A DNA stretch of 44,086 bases, taken from NCBI GenBank assembly GCA_049323135.1, contig JBMOMH010000313.1:1-44086 (forward strand), given 5' to 3'. Below, in pieces: positions 1-9,658 of this stretch. The DNA is from Actinomycetota bacterium. GTDB lineage: Bacteria; Actinomycetota; Actinomycetes; JBMOMH01. The position numbers were made by a program, and so were the translations under genes. Under the pieces are notes generated by a model. That model searched no databases and had not been told where the DNA came from. It was given only the letters and a program-made list of their open reading frames with translations. Positions within the stretch are counted from its first letter, which is position 1, and each line of letters starts with the position of its first letter.

Positions 1-820
1 CGGGCACGTCGGAGGTCCACCCGTCCTCGGGGCCGCCGGCACCCACCGCCGCGCAGACCGACGGCAGCAGGACGGTGGCGGCGGCGGCGTACCCCTCGGC
101 CGAGGGGTGGAAGCCGTCGGCGCTGAACAGCTCCTTGCGTACGGCGAACTCCGGCCCCAGCACGTCACCCAGCGACACCGACCGGCCCCCGGCCTCCACC
201 ACCGCGATCGTCTGCGCGGCGGCCAGCTGCCGGCTCTGCCGGCGGGCCACCCAGCGCAGCGGCTGCGGGATCGGCTCGACGGTGCCCAGGTCTGGGCAGG
301 TCGCCACGACCACGGCGGCACCGGCCCCGCGGAGGCGGCGGACCGCCGCGTCCAGGGCCCGTACCGCCTGCTGCGGGGGCACCCGGTGCGTGACGTCGTT
401 CGCCCCGATCATGATCACGGCGACCTCGGGGTCGGCGTCCAGCACCAGGTCGACCTGCCGGTCGAGGTCGGCCGACCGGGCCCCGGACACCGCGACGTTG
501 CGCAGCGCGACCGGCCGCCCGGTCACCGCCGCGAGCCCCTCGGCCAGGCGGGCCCCAGGGGTGTCGGCCGGCTGGTGCACCCCCAGCCCGGCGGCGCTGG
601 AGTCACCCAGCAGGCCCAGCCGCAGCGGCGGGCCCTCGCCGCCGCCGTACACCCCGTCCGCCGCCGGCGGCTCGGCGATGCCCACCCGGCGGATGGTCCG
701 CCGGGCCAGCCGGGCCTGCACTGCCAGGAGCGCCGCCGCCCCGGCCCCGACCAGGCCGACCCCACCGCCGCCGAAGACGGCGGTGACGGCGATCCGGCGG
801 GCCTGCCGGGCCCGGCTCAT
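1..820 (-). CDS. SGNH/GDSL hydrolase (Rv1075c-like), 3' end runs off the window
   Basis: Manual translation from ATG at 820 (absent from the ORF track): MSRARQARRIAV..., block I LGDSSAAG, block III IGANDV, block V DGFHPS. Divergent from cbs. Confidence 0.9.
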   Translation of the reverse strand, partial: MSRARQARRIAVTAVFGGGGVGLVGAGAAALLAVQARLARRTIRRVGIAEPPAADGVYGGGEGPPLRLGLLGDSSAAGLGVHQPADTPGARLAEGLAAVTGRPVALRNVAVSGARSADLDRQVDLVLDADPEVAVIMIGANDVTHRVPPQQAVRALDAAVRRLRGAGAAVVVATCPDLGTVEPIPQPLRWVARRQSRQLAAAQTIAVVEAGGRSVSLGDVLGPEFAVRKELFSADGFHPSAEGYAAAATVLLPSVCAAVGAGGPEDGWTSDVP

Positions 821-1040
821 CGGGGCTCCCCGGGCGGGCCGGGGGCGGGGCAGCGGGTCACGGGGCACCCTCCTCCGGGCGGGACGGACGGGCCCTCGAG
901 GGTCGCTGCGCGCCTCTGCGGGCCCCCCTCGGGCCTCGACGGGCACTGTAGCCGGCCGGACCGTAGGCTGACGGGTATCAGCCGGCGCGCACCGGGGCCG
1001 CCGGCCATGGCAGGGCCTGGCAGGCCGTGGGAGGCCCAGC

Positions 1041-2408
1041 GTGGAGGTCTACGAGTCGGTCGTCGACCTCGTCGGGAACACCCCGCTGGTCCGGCTCGGC
1101 ACCGTCGGCGCCGGCCTGCCTGCGCCGGTGCTGGCGAAGGTGGAGTACCTCAACCCCGGCGGGTCGGTGAAGGACCGGATCGCCACCCGGATGGTGCAGA
1201 CCGCCGAGCAGGCGGGCCTGTTGCGCCCCGGCGGGACCATCGTCGAACCGACATCGGGCAACACCGGGGTCGGCCTGGCGCTGGTGGCGCAGCGTCGCGG
1301 GTACCGCTGCGTGTTCGTCGTACCGGACAAGGTGAGCCGCGACAAGACCGACGTGCTGCGGGCGTACGGCGCGGAGGTGGTGGTCTGCCCCACCGCGGTC
1401 CCGCCCGAGCACCCGGACTCGTACTACAACGTCTCCGACCGGCTGGCCCGGGAGATCCCGGGGGCCTGGAAGCCGGACCAGTACGCCAACCCGGACAACC
1501 CGCGGTCGCACTACGAGACGACCGGGCCGGAGGTCTGGCGGCAGACCGACGGCCGGGTCACCCACTTCGTCGCCGGCATCGGCACCGGGGGCACCGTCAC
1601 CGGCACCGGCCGGTTCCTCAAGGAGGCTTCGGCGGGCCGGGTGCGCGTGGTGGGGGCCGACCCGGAAGGGTCGGTGTACTCGGGCGGCACCGGCCGGCCC
1701 TATCTGGTCGAGGGGGTGGGCGAGGACTTCTGGCCGACCACCTACGACCCGTCGGTGTGCGACGAGATCCTCGCCGTGTCCGACCGGGACTCCTTCACCA
1801 TGACCCGGCGGCTGGCCCGGGAGGAGGGGCTGCTCGTCGGGGGGTCCTGCGGCATGGCCGTGGTCGCCGCGCTGCGGGTGGCCGAGCGCGCCGCGCCGGA
1901 GGACCTGGTGGTCGTGCTGCTGCCGGACTCCGGCCGCGGCTACCTGTCGAAGATCTTCAACGACGAGTGGATGGCCGACTACGGCTTCCTCGCCAGCTCC
2001 GCCGAGGTGACCGTCGGGGACGTGCTGGCCCGCAAGGGCGCCCGGCTGCCGCAGTTCGTCCACGTGCATCCCAGCGAGACGGTCCGGGAGGCCATCGACG
2101 TGCTGCGCGAGTACGCCGTCTCACAGATGCCCGTGGTGAAGGCGGAGCCACCGGTGATGGCCGCGGAGGTGGTCGGCTCGGTCGTCGAGCGGGACCTGCT
2201 TGACGCCCTGTTCACCGGCCGGGCCGCGCTGGCTGACCCGCTGGAGCGGCACATGTCCCCGCCGCTGCCCGTGGTCGGCGCCGGTGAGCCGGTGGCCGCG
2301 GCGATGACCGCGCTGGAGAAGGCCGACGCAGCGGTCGTGCTCGACGACGGCAAGCCCTCCGGGGTGGTGACCCGCCAGGACCTGCTGGCCTTCCTGGCCA
2401 CCCGGTAG
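1041..2408 (+). CDS. cbs: Cystathionine beta-synthase with C-terminal CBS domains
   Basis: NPGGSVKDR PLP-lysine motif, EPTSGNTG, GIGTGGT, C-terminal CBS pair. Confidence 0.95.
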   Translation: MEVYESVVDLVGNTPLVRLGTVGAGLPAPVLAKVEYLNPGGSVKDRIATRMVQTAEQAGLLRPGGTIVEPTSGNTGVGLALVAQRRGYRCVFVVPDKVSRDKTDVLRAYGAEVVVCPTAVPPEHPDSYYNVSDRLAREIPGAWKPDQYANPDNPRSHYETTGPEVWRQTDGRVTHFVAGIGTGGTVTGTGRFLKEASAGRVRVVGADPEGSVYSGGTGRPYLVEGVGEDFWPTTYDPSVCDEILAVSDRDSFTMTRRLAREEGLLVGGSCGMAVVAALRVAERAAPEDLVVVLLPDSGRGYLSKIFNDEWMADYGFLASSAEVTVGDVLARKGARLPQFVHVHPSETVREAIDVLREYAVSQMPVVKAEPPVMAAEVVGSVVERDLLDALFTGRAALADPLERHMSPPLPVVGAGEPVAAAMTALEKADAAVVLDDGKPSGVVTRQDLLAFLATR

Positions 2409-2437
2409 GGCCCCCACGGGCCAGCCCGGTCACGGGG

Positions 2438-2893
2438 TCAGGGGGCCGTCCACGACGCCGACACCGGCTGCGGCAGGCCGTCGATGCGCAGCTCGAGCCG
2501 GCTGCCCGGCGGGACCGGCGTACCGAACCGCAGGGTGCCCTCCCGGTGGTGCCCGCCCGGGGGCGCTCCGGTCCAGGTGGGGGCCGCCGCGGCCCGCCCC
2601 TCGACCTGCAGCCGGCTCACGGCAGCCAGGTCGGCGTCCAGGGACCCCGAGTGGGTGTCCAGCACGACCCGGAAGGTCGCGCCCGTGGCGTTGAGCGCCA
2701 CGGGGGTCAGCTGCACCTGGACCGTCCCGGCCGCCACCGTGGTGGTGGGCAGGGCGGCGGGCGTCGCGGGGGTGGCTGGCCACAGCAGCCAGGCGCCGCC
2801 GGCGACCAGGGCGGCCACGGCCACGACCCCGACGAGAAGCCACCGGCGCCGGTGCCGGGCCGGTGGGGCGGGGATGGTCAGGACGTCGGTCAC
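2438..2893 (-). CDS. Membrane-anchored hypothetical protein with His motifs, probably metal-binding
   Basis: One N-terminal TM helix, LDTHSGSL and GGHHREG motifs, GTGA overlap with the upstream gene. Confidence 0.7.
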   Translation of the reverse strand: MTDVLTIPAPPARHRRRWLLVGVVAVAALVAGGAWLLWPATPATPAALPTTTVAAGTVQVQLTPVALNATGATFRVVLDTHSGSLDADLAAVSRLQVEGRAAAAPTWTGAPPGGHHREGTLRFGTPVPPGSRLELRIDGLPQPVSASWTAP

Positions 2894-3387
2894 GAGGCGG
2901 CCCCCCTCGTCGCGGGCAGCGGAGTCCGGCGCAGCTGCCGTACGGCGAGGGCCACGCCCACCGCGTTGGTCAGGATGCCGACGGCCATGATCGGGACCCG
3001 GTAGCCGGTGAGGAACACCGCGGCGCCCGACGCGCCGATGAGCGGGGCGAGGTCGGCCACGTGGTGGGCGCAGCAGGCGACCATGCCCAGGGCCGAGGCG
3101 CCCGCGCCGGTGCCGGCGGCGGCCCGCACGCTGGCCTGCAGGCGCCGCCGGCGCCGCAGCTCGACGAACAGGCCGACCTGCACGCCGAACCCGAGCAGGA
3201 TCGCCGCCAGCCAGGGCCAGTCCGCGCGCACCTGGTCGCCCAGGTGGCTCACGCCCCCCACGCCGCCGACAACGCTGGCGTAGAAGGCGGCCAGCACCGC
3301 CGCGGCCAGCGTCCCGGCGGCCAGGACGCGGGGGCGCAGCCCGCCTGGGGGCGCCGGCGTCGACACCCGCTCGACGGTCGCCGTCAC
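2890..3387 (-). CDS. Integral membrane protein with a CCAHH motif
   Basis: Likely start GTG 3387 overlapping the cupredoxin stop (GTGA). About 4 hydrophobic segments and MVACCAHHVAD. Confidence 0.75.
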   Translation of the reverse strand: MTATVERVSTPAPPGGLRPRVLAAGTLAAAVLAAFYASVVGGVGGVSHLGDQVRADWPWLAAILLGFGVQVGLFVELRRRRRLQASVRAAAGTGAGASALGMVACCAHHVADLAPLIGASGAAVFLTGYRVPIMAVGILTNAVGVALAVRQLRRTPLPATRGAAS

Positions 3388-3707
3388 GGTTCTACGACCA
3401 GCCGGCCGCGCAGCATCCCCATCCCGCAGGTGAACGGGTACACCCCGGGCCGGTCCGGTCGCAGGTCCACGGACACGGTCTGACCCTGTGGCAGCGCCGT
3501 GTCCACGCCGTACTCGGCGAACACCAGCCGCTCCGAGCAGCCGCTGGACTCCTCCCGCCGGAAGTCCAGCCGCACCGGCAGGCCCGCCTTCACGACGAGG
3601 GTGTCCGGCCGGTAGCCGCCGTTGACGAGGACGGTCGCCTCCTGGCGGCCCTCCGGCGTCAGCCGGGCGCGGACCCCGGTCTCCTTCTTCCTGCCGAACA
3701 GCGCCAT
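3384..3707 (-). CDS. CupA-like cupredoxin-fold copper-binding protein
   Basis: GGYxPxxLVVKAGxPVRLxF, upstream Cys (SGCSE), YPFTCGMGMLRG. RBS AGGAGG. Confidence 0.85.
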   Translation of the reverse strand: MALFGRKKETGVRARLTPEGRQEATVLVNGGYRPDTLVVKAGLPVRLDFRREESSGCSERLVFAEYGVDTALPQGQTVSVDLRPDRPGVYPFTCGMGMLRGRLVVEP

Positions 3708-3885
3708 CGCGGCCTCCTAGGGGGGTGACGGGTCGACCCGTGCAGGGTGGCCGGCGCCGGGGTGGGGGGCCATCCGGGCGGGCGACGGAACCGGGTTCGG
3801 GAAAGCCGCAGCATCGCTTGTCCCGTCCGGTCGGGCGGGCGGGGCGCCGCCCCTGCGGCCCGGCTTCGGAGGGCTGGCCGGCGCT

Positions 3886-3967
3886 CGGGGCCCGAGCGTG
3901 GCCGGTCGCTGGCGTACGGCCCCCGGGTCTGGCGGTCCGGGGCCCGAGCGTGGCCGGTCGCTGGCGT
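3886..3967. repeat. Two identical 30-bp direct repeats (3886-3915, 3938-3967)
   Basis: CGGGGCCCGAGCGTGGCCGGTCGCTGGCGT read twice, period 52 bp. Confidence 0.85.
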
Positions 3968-4043
3968 GCCGCCCGTGTCACAGCCTGCCCACCGTCCCCA
4001 GGAGTCACAGCAGATGGCGAAAACTGACAGCGGGACCTATGGC

Positions 4044-4085
4044 TGTGGTAGTTAATGTGGGCTATAGCCCACATTAACTACCACA
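4044..4085. repeat. Perfect 42-bp palindrome (copy 1)
   Basis: TGTGGTAGTTAATGTGGGCTA|TAGCCCACATTAACTACCACA, no spacer. Confidence 0.95.
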
Positions 4086-4229
4086 ACGTCCGATCCCTCT
4101 GCCCGAGTACCGCAACCGGTGGGGCTGATTGGCTTGGCGTGGCCAGCGAGGCCAGTGGGACGGCGGCCCCGGAGGTCACTGGCCCCCCGCTCCCCGGAAT
4201 GCCCGGCAGGCAGCCTCGGACTCGGAGAG

Positions 4230-4883
4230 CTAGCTGGCGACGCCCACCGGGCAGGTGACGCCGGTCCCGCCGAGCCCGCAGTAGCCGTCCGGCACCTTGT
4301 GCAGGTACTGCTGGTGGTAGTCCTCGGCCAGGTAGAACTCTCCGGCCGACACGACCTCGGTGGTCACCTCGCCGTACCCAGCGGCGCGCAGCCGGTCGGC
4401 GTAGGCGTCCCGCACCTCCTCGGCGACCCGCCGCTGCTCCTCGTCGTGGACGAAGACCACCGAGCGGTACTGCGTGCCGACGTCGTTGCCCTGCCGCATC
4501 CCCTGGGTGGGGTCGTGCGACTCGAAGAACAGGGCCACGAGCTGCCGGTAGGTCAGCCGGGTCGGGTCGAAGACGACGCGCACCGCCTCGGCGTGCCCGG
4601 TGCGCCCGGTGCACACCTCCTCGTACGTCGGGTGCGGGGTGAACCCGCCCGCGTAGCCGACCGCGGTCCCGACGACCCCCGGGGTCTGCCAGAACAGCCG
4701 CTCGGCGCCCCAGAAGCAGCCCAGGGCGAACGTCGCCACCGCCGTACCGGGGGGCAGGGGGCCCTCCAGCGGGGTCCCGAGCACCGCGTGCCGTTCCGGG
4801 ACGGGGAAGGGCCGGGCAGCGCGGCCCGGCAGCGCCTCCTCCGGGGTCACCCGACGGGTCTTGGCCTCACCGAACAGTGACAT
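4230..4883 (-). CDS. msrA: Peptide methionine sulfoxide reductase A
   Basis: [44 protein letters not shown] at 4883 after an AGGAGG RBS. Confidence 0.95.
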   Translation of the reverse strand: MSLFGEAKTRRVTPEEALPGRAARPFPVPERHAVLGTPLEGPLPPGTAVATFALGCFWGAERLFWQTPGVVGTAVGYAGGFTPHPTYEEVCTGRTGHAEAVRVVFDPTRLTYRQLVALFFESHDPTQGMRQGNDVGTQYRSVVFVHDEEQRRVAEEVRDAYADRLRAAGYGEVTTEVVSAGEFYLAEDYHQQYLHKVPDGYCGLGGTGVTCPVGVAS

Positions 4884-4954
4884 GTCGACCTCCTGACCGG
4901 GGACAACCCTGCCCCGCCCCGACGTGTTCCGGCCGACCGGTAGCGTCCCATCGC

Positions 4955-6109
4955 ATGAGCGCCGCCGAGCCGACCGGGTTCGCCACCCGGGCCATCCATG
5001 CCGGGCAGCCACCGGACCCCGCCACCGGGGCGGTCGTGCCGCCGATCTACCAGGTGTCCACCTTCGCCCAGGACGGGGTGGGGGGCCTGCGCGGCGGCTA
5101 CGAGTACAGCCGCAGCGCCAACCCCACCCGGACCGCGCTGGAGACCTGCCTGGCCGCGCTCGAGGGTGGGGGGCGGGCACTGGCCTTCGCCTCCGGGCTG
5201 GCCGCCGAGGACACCCTGCTGCGCACCGTGTGCCGGCCCGGCGACCACGCGGTGATCCCCGACGACGCGTACGGCGGCACCTTCCGGCTGTTCGCCCGGG
5301 TCCTGGAGCGGTGGGGGCTGGCGTGGACCGCGGTGCCGTTGGGGGACCTGGACGCGGTCCGGGCCGCGGTGCGTCCCGGCCAGACCCGGCTGGTGTGGTG
5401 CGAGACGCCGACCAACCCGCTGCTCGGCGTCGCCGACGTCGCAGCCCTCGCCGACGTGGCTCACGCGGCGGGCGCCCTGTGCGTCGTCGACAACACCTTC
5501 GCCTCGCCGTACCTGCAGCAACCGCTCACGCTGGGGGCGGACGCCGTGGTGCACTCGACGACGAAGTACCTCGGCGGGCACTCCGACGTGGTCGGCGGCG
5601 CCCTCGTCGTGGCCGATGCCGACCTGGGGGAGCGGCTGGCCTTCCACCAGAACGCCATGGGCGCGGTCGCCGGGCCCTTCGACAGCTGGTTGGTGCTCCG
5701 CGGGGTGCGCACCCTCGCGGTGCGGATGGACCGCCACTGCGACAACGCCGAGCGGGTCGTCGCCTTCCTGGCCGCGCACCCGGCCGTGGCCCGGGTCCGC
5801 TACCCCGGGCTGCCCACCGACCCCGGGTACCCGGTGGCAGCCCGGCAGATGCGCCGGTACGGCGGCATGGTGTCCTTCCACCTCGCCGGCGGGGAGTCCG
5901 CCGCCCTGGAGGTGTGCGGCCGGACCCGGCTGTTCACGCTGGCCGAGTCCCTCGGCGGGGTGGAGTCGCTCATCGAGCACCCGGCCCGGATGACGCACGC
6001 CTCGGCCGCCGGCTCGGCCCTGGAGGTACCCGGCGACCTGGTCCGGCTGTCGGTGGGCATCGAGGACGCCGACGACCTGCTCGCCGACCTGGCCGCCGCC
6101 CTGCCCTGA
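4955..6109 (+). CDS. metB: Cystathionine gamma-synthase/gamma-lyase
   Basis: [44 protein letters not shown]. Confidence 0.92.
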   Translation: MSAAEPTGFATRAIHAGQPPDPATGAVVPPIYQVSTFAQDGVGGLRGGYEYSRSANPTRTALETCLAALEGGGRALAFASGLAAEDTLLRTVCRPGDHAVIPDDAYGGTFRLFARVLERWGLAWTAVPLGDLDAVRAAVRPGQTRLVWCETPTNPLLGVADVAALADVAHAAGALCVVDNTFASPYLQQPLTLGADAVVHSTTKYLGGHSDVVGGALVVADADLGERLAFHQNAMGAVAGPFDSWLVLRGVRTLAVRMDRHCDNAERVVAFLAAHPAVARVRYPGLPTDPGYPVAARQMRRYGGMVSFHLAGGESAALEVCGRTRLFTLAESLGGVESLIEHPARMTHASAAGSALEVPGDLVRLSVGIEDADDLLADLAAALP

Positions 6110-6166
6110 CCGGCGGGGGGTCGCTCAGCGCCGCTCCCGGCGCCACAGCGTTGGTAGCTTGGGGGG

Positions 6167-6583
6167 GTGACCCGGGGACCGGCGCTGCGGCGCGGCGTGC
6201 TGGTCCTGGCGGTGGCCGCCGGGCTGGCGGTCATGCACGCGCTGGCCGTCGCGCCCCCCGATGCGGCCCGCGGCCCGATGGCCGCGGCGCACGCGGTCGC
6301 CGCCCACCCCGCCGATGCGCCCGCTGGCCTGTCGGCCGGGGAGGCCTCGCCGGCCCTGCCGGACGCCTCGGCCAGCCACTGCGCGCTGGCCGGTTCGGCC
6401 GCCCACGCCCCCGGGCACCCGGCGTCCTGCCTGGCCGTGCCGGGGTGGGGTCAGATGCTGCCCGGCAGTTCCGTCGCGCCCGGTCAGCCCGGCCCTCCGG
6501 CGTACGCCGAGCCGGCGGCACCGCCGGGCAGCGCGACTGGGCCGCCCCCGCCGCTGCTCCTCCTCGGCCGGCTGCGGGTGTAG
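6167..6583 (+). CDS. Small membrane/secreted protein with His/Cys, upstream of the multicopper oxidase (DUF6153-like)
   Basis: N-terminal hydrophobic stretch ending GLAVMHAL, HC and SCLA motifs, Pro-rich end (GPPPPLLLLGRLRV). Confidence 0.55.
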   Translation: MTRGPALRRGVLVLAVAAGLAVMHALAVAPPDAARGPMAAAHAVAAHPADAPAGLSAGEASPALPDASASHCALAGSAAHAPGHPASCLAVPGWGQMLPGSSVAPGQPGPPAYAEPAAPPGSATGPPPPLLLLGRLRV

Positions 6584-6656
6584 CAGGACGGACGGCCCCC
6601 TGCGTGGGGCCGATCGGCCGCTGACCCGTCCCGTCACCGTGAAGGAGCATCACACC

Positions 6657-8156
6657 ATGTCTGTGCCCCACCCTGTCCTGTCCCGCCGTCGACTGCTTCA
6701 GGGCGCCGGCGCGGTCTCTGCCGCCGGCCTGCTCAGCGCCTGCGGCCGGGCCGCCGTACCCGTGGCCGCCATCATCGGGCCGGCCGACCCCAGCGTCGCC
6801 GCGGCCGAGCAGGCCCGCCGGGTCGCCGGCGGCCGGGTGGTCGAGGCCACCCTGACCGCCCGGCCGACCCGGGTCGACCTCGGCGGCCTGGTCGTCGACA
6901 CCTGGGCGTACGACGACGTCGTGCCCGGCCGGCTGCTGCGAGCCCGCGCCGGTGACACGCTGCGGGTCGTTGTCCGCAACCAGTTGCCCGCCCCGACCAC
7001 GGTGCACTGGCACGGGATCGCGCTGCGCAACGACATGGACGGCGTCCCCGGGGTGACCCAGGACCCGATCGCCGCCGGGTCGTCGATGACCTACGAGTTC
7101 GTCGTACCCGACCCGGGCACGCACTGGTTCCACCCGCACGTGGGGGTGCAGCTGGACCGGGGCCTGTACGCCCCGCTCATCGTCGACGACCCGGCCGATC
7201 CGGGCCGGTACGACGCGGAGTGGGTGGTCGTCCTCGACGACTGGGTGGATGGCACCGGGCGCACTCCCGACGACGTGCTGCGCGAGCTGACCGCCGGCGG
7301 GCCGGGCGGTGGCATGGCCGGCATGCCGGGCATGGGGGGGATGGGTGGCATGGGCGGTGACAACCAGGGTGGCGACGTCACCTACCCCCACTACCTGGTG
7401 AACGGCCGGATCCCCTCCGCGCCCGCCACGCTCACCGGCAAACCGGGCCAGCGGGTGCGCATCCGGCTGCTCAATGCCGGTTCGGACACCGTGTTCCGGG
7501 TGGCCCTGGGCGGGCACCCGATGACGGTGACCCACACCGACGGGTTCCCCGTCCAGCCGGTGGAGACCGACGCCGTGCTGCTCGCCATGGGCGAGCGGTA
7601 CGACGTGTCGGTGACGCTCGGCGATGGGGCGTTCCCCCTGGTGGCCCTGCCGGAAGGCAAGCAGGGTGAGGCGCTGGCGGTGGTGCGCACCGGGGCCGGG
7701 GCGGTCCCCGCGCCCGGCGTACGGCCCGCCGAGCTGACCCGGCGCGTCCTGCTGGGCACCGCCCTGCGCGCGACGCCGGAGGTGACGCTGCCGGACCGAA
7801 AGCCGGACCGCACCTACGACCTGGGGCTGTCCGGCAACATGGCCAGCTACGTGTGGACCATCAACGGGCGCACCTTCGGCCAGCACCAGCCGCTGGCCAT
7901 GCGCCGCGGGGAGGCGGTGCGGTTGCGCTTCGCCAACCAGAGCATGATGTTCCACCCCATGCACGTGCACGGGCACACCTTCCAGGTGCGGGGCGCGAGC
8001 GGTCCCGGGCCGCGCAAGGACACCGTGCTCGTGCTGCCGATGCAGGCGGTTGTCGCCGACCTCGTCGCGGACAACCCCGGGCAGTGGGCCACCCACTGCC
8101 ACAACATCTACCACGCGGAGCGGGGGATGATGACGACGCTGTCCTACCAGGCGTGA
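6657..8156 (+). CDS. Multicopper oxidase, Tat lipoprotein (MmcO-like)
   Basis: SRRRLL Tat motif, LSAC lipobox, HWHG, WFHPH, HPMHVHGH, HCHNIYHAERGM, short Met/Gly-rich loop. RBS AAGGAG. Confidence 0.93.
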   Translation: MSVPHPVLSRRRLLQGAGAVSAAGLLSACGRAAVPVAAIIGPADPSVAAAEQARRVAGGRVVEATLTARPTRVDLGGLVVDTWAYDDVVPGRLLRARAGDTLRVVVRNQLPAPTTVHWHGIALRNDMDGVPGVTQDPIAAGSSMTYEFVVPDPGTHWFHPHVGVQLDRGLYAPLIVDDPADPGRYDAEWVVVLDDWVDGTGRTPDDVLRELTAGGPGGGMAGMPGMGGMGGMGGDNQGGDVTYPHYLVNGRIPSAPATLTGKPGQRVRIRLLNAGSDTVFRVALGGHPMTVTHTDGFPVQPVETDAVLLAMGERYDVSVTLGDGAFPLVALPEGKQGEALAVVRTGAGAVPAPGVRPAELTRRVLLGTALRATPEVTLPDRKPDRTYDLGLSGNMASYVWTINGRTFGQHQPLAMRRGEAVRLRFANQSMMFHPMHVHGHTFQVRGASGPGPRKDTVLVLPMQAVVADLVADNPGQWATHCHNIYHAERGMMTTLSYQA

Positions 8157-8184
8157 GCGCCCGCGGGGCGGAGCCGCGGCATGG

Positions 8185-9468
8185 TCACGTGCGGGCGTGC
8201 CGGTCGACGTCCGCGGTGAACTCCGCGACCATGTCCGGGGTCAGCGTGCGGCGCGTGGCGGTGATGGCCGCGAGGAAGTCTTCGGTGCCGGCGCGGGGCG
8301 CGCCGGCACCGAAGACGGCCCGTTCGAACACGAGCTGCGCTGCCTTGCGCGCCGCGAAGTCGATGTCCGCGGGCGTGAACAGCTCCGACGCGGCGACGAT
8401 CGCCGGCAGTTCGATTCCGCCATGCGGCATCGAGTCGACGTAGCGCTGCCAGATGGCTGCCCGGGCGGCCGCGTCCGGGGGGCCGATGGGGATGACGTAG
8501 TCGAACCGGCCGGGGCGAAGCAGCGCGGTGTCGAGCTCGCGCACCGAGTTGGTCGCACACACCAGCAGCCGCCCCTCCCGTTCCCGGAAGGCGGGGATCA
8601 GCTTCAGCATCTCGTTGGTGACGGTGTGGCCGTCGCGTGCCAGCCGACCCTCACGGCGTCCGGCGATCTCTTCGACCTCGTCGATGAAGAGCACGACGTG
8701 TTCCAACTCGGCGACGACGCCGAACGCCTCGGCCAGCCCCGACGCCAGGCCGGAGGGCGTGCCGTCGGCCAGCCGCGAGGGGAAGATCTCGACGAACGGC
8801 CAGCCGAGCCGGGCGGCGACGCCCTTGGCGAAGGTGGTCTTCCCCGTACCCGGCGGGCCGAAGAGCACGATGGCCCGTGGGGGGACGAGACCGGTCTGCT
8901 GGGCCAGGTCCGGGTGGGCCAGGGGCAGGATCACCCGGCGCTCGATGAGCTCCTTCTCCTGGACCATGCCGCCCAGGCGGTCCCACAGGCCCGGGTCGAC
9001 GCGCTGACCGCCGAGCCGGTCGAGCAGGTGCTGGTCGGCGGAGGTGTCCTCCTCCAGCTTCTGGAAGTAGAGGACGCCGCGTCGGACCTGGAAGCCGCAG
9101 TGGTCCAGCGCGGCGGCCCCGACGTCAGACTCGTCGCCGAGCAGCGCGCTGACGCGGCGGACACCGGCGGCGACGAGCCGGCGCTCCAGCTCGGTCAACA
9201 GCTGCGACCCGATGCCCCGCTGGCGCCACCGCGGTGACAGGCTGATCCGCAGGATCCAGCCGTGCTGGCCCTGCACCCGGCTCACCGCGCTGCCGACGAG
9301 CTCGTCGTCGACCGTGGCGACAACGGCCGGGTGCCCCTCACGCACCGCGCTGATCAGGTCGGTGATGCCCGACCAGGGAAGGCCACCGGAGGCGGCCGGG
9401 TCGTCCCAGAGGTGGACGGCCGACTCCAGGTCGTCGGGGTGGAAGGGTCGGACCCGCCATGCGGCCAT
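8185..9468 (-). CDS. GNAT acetyltransferase fused to an AAA ATPase
   Basis: N-terminal RQRGIG acetyl-CoA motif, Walker A GPPGTGKT, Walker B LFIDE, SRH ATNS...ALLRPGRFD. Confidence 0.9.
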   Translation of the reverse strand: MAAWRVRPFHPDDLESAVHLWDDPAASGGLPWSGITDLISAVREGHPAVVATVDDELVGSAVSRVQGQHGWILRISLSPRWRQRGIGSQLLTELERRLVAAGVRRVSALLGDESDVGAAALDHCGFQVRRGVLYFQKLEEDTSADQHLLDRLGGQRVDPGLWDRLGGMVQEKELIERRVILPLAHPDLAQQTGLVPPRAIVLFGPPGTGKTTFAKGVAARLGWPFVEIFPSRLADGTPSGLASGLAEAFGVVAELEHVVLFIDEVEEIAGRREGRLARDGHTVTNEMLKLIPAFREREGRLLVCATNSVRELDTALLRPGRFDYVIPIGPPDAAARAAIWQRYVDSMPHGGIELPAIVAASELFTPADIDFAARKAAQLVFERAVFGAGAPRAGTEDFLAAITATRRTLTPDMVAEFTADVDRHART

Positions 9469-9499
9469 CGTCGAGCGTCACCCGCGCCGGGTCGCGGGG

Positions 9500-9649
9500 C
9501 TACCCGTGATGGGCACCGGAACCGTTGGTACGGCGTTCCTCCGGCGGCAGCCGGTCCACGGCCCGTACCTCCCGCCAGAGGTACCCCAGCACGGCGGCGA
9601 ACAGCAGCAGCGCGCCCACCATCCACAGGCCCCACCACGTCACACCCAT
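9500..9649 (-). CDS. 49-aa single-TM peptide, candidate small oxidase subunit
   Basis: Manual translation MGVTWWGLWMVGALLLFAAVLGYLWREVRAVDRLPPEERRTNGSGAHHG*. Starts 9 nt after the subunit III stop, with AGGGA upstream and GC-rich third positions. Confidence 0.65.
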   Translation of the reverse strand: MGVTWWGLWMVGALLLFAAVLGYLWREVRAVDRLPPEERRTNGSGAHHG

Positions 9650-9658
9650 GCCGGATCC

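Noticed and set aside
3712-3730. CsoR-like operator (CCCCCCTAGGAGG on the minus strand)
   Set aside because: It lacks the TAC...GTA ends and is explained by the ribosome-binding site.
4044-4085. Palindrome as a protelomerase site or intrinsic terminator
   Set aside because: There is no protelomerase in the window, copy 2 is imperfect and lies between divergent genes, and there is no loop or U-tract.
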